Of a stretch of 64,000 nucleotides of DNA, positions 58,363-64,000 are shown piece after piece. A program made the position numbers and the translations under genes. Numbering within the stretch: the stretch's first letter is position 1; each line of letters starts with the position of its first letter. Source of the stretch: the human T2T-CHM13v2.0 reference genome, Homo sapiens. The notes beneath the pieces were generated by a model. It was given only the letters and a program-made list of their open reading frames with translations. It made no database searches and was not told the origin of the DNA. The DNA lies in the NCBI RefSeq assembly GCF_009914755.1, contig NC_060925.1, one strand, 5' to 3'.

Positions 58363-58829
58363 AAAACATTATAATGAGATATTTTATATACATTTTCATA
58401 CTATGTCTTTAAAATCAGGTTTGTGTTTTACACCCACAGCATGTTTCAATCTGAATTAGCCACCTTTCAAGTGCTCAGAAGACACATATGGCCGGCAGCT
58501 ACCATACTGGAAAGCACAGGTCTAAACACTCTAATTAAAAGGCAGAGATTGACAGAGTGAATTGGGGGAAAAAATAAGCGAGACCTAATTCTATGCTGTA
58601 TACAAGAAATTTACTATAAATATAAAGATATATATGGGTTAAAGTAAACAGAAGGAAAAACAGACTTTACAAACACTTATCCAAAGAAGGCTGGATTAAT
58701 ATCAAAGTAGACTTCAGAACAGAATATATTGCTAAAATAGTTAAAGAGGACATTACATAATTATAGAGGTCTTCTCAGCAAGAAGATGTATAACATCATT
58801 CTTAATAATGAATTACTGAATGCTTATGG

Positions 58830-59326
58830 TGTAAGGCCTAAAAATAACACTATATGCTGCCTTCACATCTAGTAAAAACAGGAGGGCCTGGAATTACCTA
58901 ACCACAAGTTCTCCTCCCCATTCTCCTCACACAGATAAGGTCTCCAAGTCAAACAACACTCCTTATCAAACAGATCAGGTATAGTTCCGATTATCCCTGA
59001 GTGGTTTCAGTTCCCTACCAATCCACAGAATTATTCAAACAAGCCAATTAAATCCTCTCATAGGAAACAGGGAAGCACTCAACCCTTTTGAAACTACAAA
59101 GCCTGCTTCCTACAGCCACTGATTGTTCACTGTGTTCCTGAGTATAACCTCCATTTGGCCCTTTGATGGTGTACAATGTCATCTTCTCCTGGGCTGTGAG
59201 TATATGTGACTAATAAACTGCTCTCAATCTCATCTGTCATGTCAGGTGTCATGTATTCAGCCATTCCCATAACGCCAGGGCAGGAATTTCCCCTCACCAA
59301 TGGGGTGAATGGAAAGTAATTAAACA
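58830..59326 (+). mobile_element. ERVL solo LTR (LTR53/MER54-like)
   Basis: TG...CA ends; gaattattcaaacaagccaat; gtgagtatatgtgactaataaactgct. Confidence 0.65.
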
Positions 59327-59985
59327 AGTAATTAATGCTTTCCTCTATAAATCAGGAAGAAGAGAAGGATGTCCACTGTCAACACTTTTATTTAATATTG
59401 CACTGGAAGTCCTAGCCAGTAGAATAAGACAAAAATAAAATTCAGATAGACTGAGAAGGAAAATATAAAAATGTCTATATTTACAAAAGACATGATTGTT
59501 TGTATACTTAGAAAATCCAAAGGAATGTACAAAAAGCTACTAGAACTAATAAGCGAGTTTTCTATATGCACGTCAATTGCATTTCTATATACTAACAAAA
59601 AAACTTCAGGTTAAGAAAATAATACTATTTACAACATAAAAATAAAAGTACAGATAAATTTAACAAAATATGTGCTAGACTTGTACAGTGAAAACTATAA
59701 ACTATTTTTGAAAGAAATTAAAGAAGACCTAAATAAATGAAGATATACACCATGTTCATGGATCAGAAAACAATATTGTTAAGATGTCAATTCTCCTGAA
59801 ACTTATCTATAAGCTCCACTATCCAATAAATATCCAATAGCTACATGTAGCTATTTAACTTTATATTAATTAAAATTAAATTAAAATTAAAGTTCTTTGG
59901 TCAAACTAGCCAAATTACAAGTTTTTAATAGCCATATATGGCTAGTGGCTACCACATTAAACAAAGCAGATAAAGAATAGTTCTC

Positions 59986-60300
59986 AGCTGGGCACAATGG
60001 CTCACACCTGTAATCCCAGCACTTTGGGAGGCCAAAGCAGGTGGACTGCTTGAGCTCAGGAGTTCAAGACCAGGCTGGCCAACATGGCAAAACCCCATTT
60101 CTACTAAAAATGCAAAAATTAGCCAAACATGGTGGTGCATGCCTGTGGTCCCAGCTACTCAGGAGGTTGAGGTGGGGGGATCATGAGCCCAGGAGGCAGA
60201 GGCTGCAGTGCAATGAGCCAAGATCATGCCACTGCACCCCAGCATGGGCAACAGAGTGAGACCATCTCAAAATAAATAAATTAATTTAATTTAATTTTTA
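59986..60300 (+). mobile_element. AluJb-like, inserted in a MER33/MER3 element
   Basis: TSD AAAGAATAGTTC. Confidence 0.85.
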
Positions 60301-60491
60301 AAAAAAGAATAGTTCCATAATCACCAAAAGTTTCATTGGACAATAGCAATTTATAAATTCAATGCACTCTCCATCAAAATCCCAGTCATTAAATAAATTT
60401 TATAATTAAAAATGACAAGCTAATTTTAAAATTTATATATAAATAAAGGAACTAGAAGAGCCAAAACATTTTGTAAAAGAAAAACGTACTA

Positions 60492-60819
<328 letters not shown>

Positions 60820-61452
60820 TTACACTACTTGGTTTCAAGGTTTACTATAATGCTACAATAATAAAAACAGCATCTGATTTGCATAATCACATAACATACA
60901 GCATATAGACATATTTTATAGATCAATACAACAGAATAGCATCCAGAAAAAGGTTATACATGTATGGTACATTGATTTTTTTTGACAAAAGAGCTAGGGT
61001 AATCAATGGGGAAAGACAGCTTTTTAAACAAATGGTAGTAGAGCAATTGGTTATCTATATGCAAAAGTAACATGAACTTGGACCAATACCTTTACCATAT
61101 GCAAATATAAACTTGAAGTGGATCATAGACCTAAAACTAGAATAAAAACTGTAAAACTTTTAGAAGAAAGCATCAACAAACATTTTTGTGACCTTGATTA
61201 GGCAGAGTTCATAGGACACAAAAAGCGTAACCATAGAAAAAATTGATAAATCAGACCTCATCAAAATTAAAAATTTCTGCTGTTCAACTCAGTATTAAGA
61301 AGACAAAGACCAACAACCCAATTATGGACAAAATGGTTGAACAAGAAGATATGCAAATGGATGATAAGCATGTGAAAAGATGTTCAATATCATTAGTCAT
61401 TAGGAAAATGCAAGTTAAAATCACAATGAGATACCACTACCAAACACTATAA

Positions 61453-61918
<466 letters not shown>

Positions 61919-62194
61919 TAAAAATTCTACTCCTAATTATGTACTCAAGACACTAAAACCAAGTTGCTGATATAAACATGAGCTAAATAAAAGTGGTAAA
62001 TCCAGCTACCAAGAAAAATAGAAGTGAGGCTGTTGGCCTAACAAGGAAAGGAAGAAAACTTGCAACAGATGGAGACTGTATCTTGGAGCAATAAAGAACT
62101 AAGGAGCAGGTATTTTATTAACTTTTTTCCCAGACCATATGACTATCTTCAGTGGTCTCCCAGCAATGTTTAGAGGCATAGGAAATTATTTTCA

Positions 62195-62544
62195 TGTTAT
62201 GGACTGAATGTTTATGTTCCCCAAAAATTTATATGTTGAAGCTTTCAATGTGATAGCATTTGGAGTTGGAGACTTTGGGAAGTAATTAGGTCATGAAGGT
62301 GGAGCCCTCAAGAAGAATAGTACCCTTACAAGGAGAGGCCAGAGAGCTAGCTAGCTATCTTTCTACCATGTGAGGATACAGTGAGAAGTTAGCAGTCTGC
62401 AGCCTGGAAGAGGTCTTCAACAAAAGCCAGCCACACCTTCACCTTGATCTTGGAATTCCAGCATTCAGAACTGTGAGAAATAAATTTCCGTTGTATATAA
62501 GCCACCAGTTAATATTATTTCTTATAGCAGCCTGAGCGAAAACA
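62195..62544 (+). mobile_element. MLT1A0-like MaLR solo LTR
   Basis: TGTTATGGACTGAATG...CAGAACTGTGAGAAATAAATT...AACA; near-TSD tttca/cttca. Confidence 0.82.
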
Positions 62545-64000
62545 CTTCATATAGAGAGAAGATCTGGGAAGCACATATCAAATATTAAAAAGAAAAAATT
62601 TAAAGATGAGCATGAGTGAACATAGCTAAGTTAATGAGGAGGGTCTCCTTGATTACATGAACACATATAAATGCTGGATAAAATACTAAAATTTTAAAAC
62701 ATGGCTTAATTCAAAAGAAAGGAAAATATTCTGAAGTTAGAAGGAAGCTTGAAAAGATCATGCTCTTCATTAATACATTCCATTACCTCCCAGCCTTCCC
62801 CATACCAAGCTCTCAGATTATATCGATAACTTAAAGGCAGCCTAACTTAATGGGCAGAGTATTTTCTCGATGATGGCTGAGTATCTGGATGAGTCAGACT
62901 TGATACTGGCTTGAAGAAACTCACAGCCTAGGGAAAGAGACATTGTAGCAATTTAAAAATGGAGAAACCTCTCCCCTTACTAGCTCCTGTCTCTCAATCA
63001 TGGTAACTCATGCCATCAAAGAGAATTTAACTGGCACTGACACCACTCTTTCTGGGTAACAAAGTGGAAGAGCCACTGACAGCTGGTTTAGTGGGTTTGA
63101 AAAATAAACCAAGCTCAGGAGAGTACCAACAGCTTCCTAGCACAACAATATTATACTAGGGGCTACTCTTCTGAAAGGAGCAAAGCTAAATGCGACTGAT
63201 AGAAAGGAAATGCTGTCCTTACTAAATTTTTTATTGTCTCCAAGAAATATGAATGCCCAACCCACTGTCTTGGTGAAATGTGATAACTTCTTAGGAAGCA
63301 AATGAGGAAATCAACAGTGATTCATTGATCTTATAATGGCTGAGAAGGGTAGTAATCGATGGAAAATTGACCCAAACCAGGTATACTGAAAAGGTCAGAG
63401 AGGCAGACTGTCCTCCTTTAGAGATGAAGAGCACAGTTCCTAAAGGAGGGAATGAGAACATGGCCCTCAGGGATCTGGAAGGAGATGGAGTTAAAGAAGA
63501 AAGGTCAGGTAAATTGAGAAGGGAAAGAGGTCCCAAGGATGGAAATCCTCACAGAGGCCACTCTCTTTTTAAAGGCCCAAATCTGAAAACTTCCCCTTTT
63601 CCATTAGATAGACTGCTGAAAATAGATGGGCTGCATTCTGTGTTTCTGCCACTCCTTGCTAAAGATAACTCCTTAAAGAACTTTGTAAACTTCACATAAT
63701 TCTTCATTTGGATGAGATTAGCAGGACAATGTAGTTCAAGAAGGGCCAGACCTCATTGACCTCTTAGTATCTAGGGACTTAGTGAACATGGGGCTAGCAA
63801 AGGCATTATGGCCATATGTAAATTTTTTAATGGGTATATTACACCAGATACTGTTTATGCCTTAGTTTCATAACTTAATGTTAATTCATAAGAATTTCTT
63901 CATGTCATGAAGTATTCTTTGAAAACATTACTCCTGTTGCTATAAAATCATCATAAACGTGCATCATAACTAATTAAAGCATTCCCTTCTTGGATATTTG

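Overview
This is human genomic DNA, not microbial: it is AT-rich, repeat-dense and carries two human-specific AluYb8 copies. The only protein-coding sequence I can support is the 34-nt first coding exon of AGBL4 (cytosolic carboxypeptidase 6, CCP6) on the minus strand (ATG at 54749, MAEGSQSAPEA-G, donor GT at 54715), inside a CpG island at about 54500-55130. Positions 1-54715 are therefore AGBL4 intron 1, and about 55100-64000 lies upstream, toward ELAVL4, which from memory is the divergent neighbour. The rest is layered transposable elements: two near full-length old L1s (L1PB and L1MA2-like), a 5'-truncated L1PA16-like copy, many Alus, solo LTRs, Tigger and hAT DNA transposons, and MIR/L2 fragments. 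There is also a mitochondrial ND2 NUMT, a 23-bp minisatellite and several microsatellites. Nearly all ORFs in the track are repeat-derived or spurious. I found no evidence for a new multi-gene system. The best candidates for follow-up are: (i) a 53-bp templated insertion copied 5.3 kb within one L1 and followed by inverted micro-repeats; (ii) the NUMT flanked by a 10-bp direct repeat; (iii) two AluYb8 and one near-consensus AluY within 33 kb; (iv) the promoter layout, with a palindromic RFX X-box, a G4 motif, a YY1 site over the ATG and mirror-image splice donors. Repeat subfamily names come from recalled consensus sequences, and boundaries without a stated TSD are approximate.
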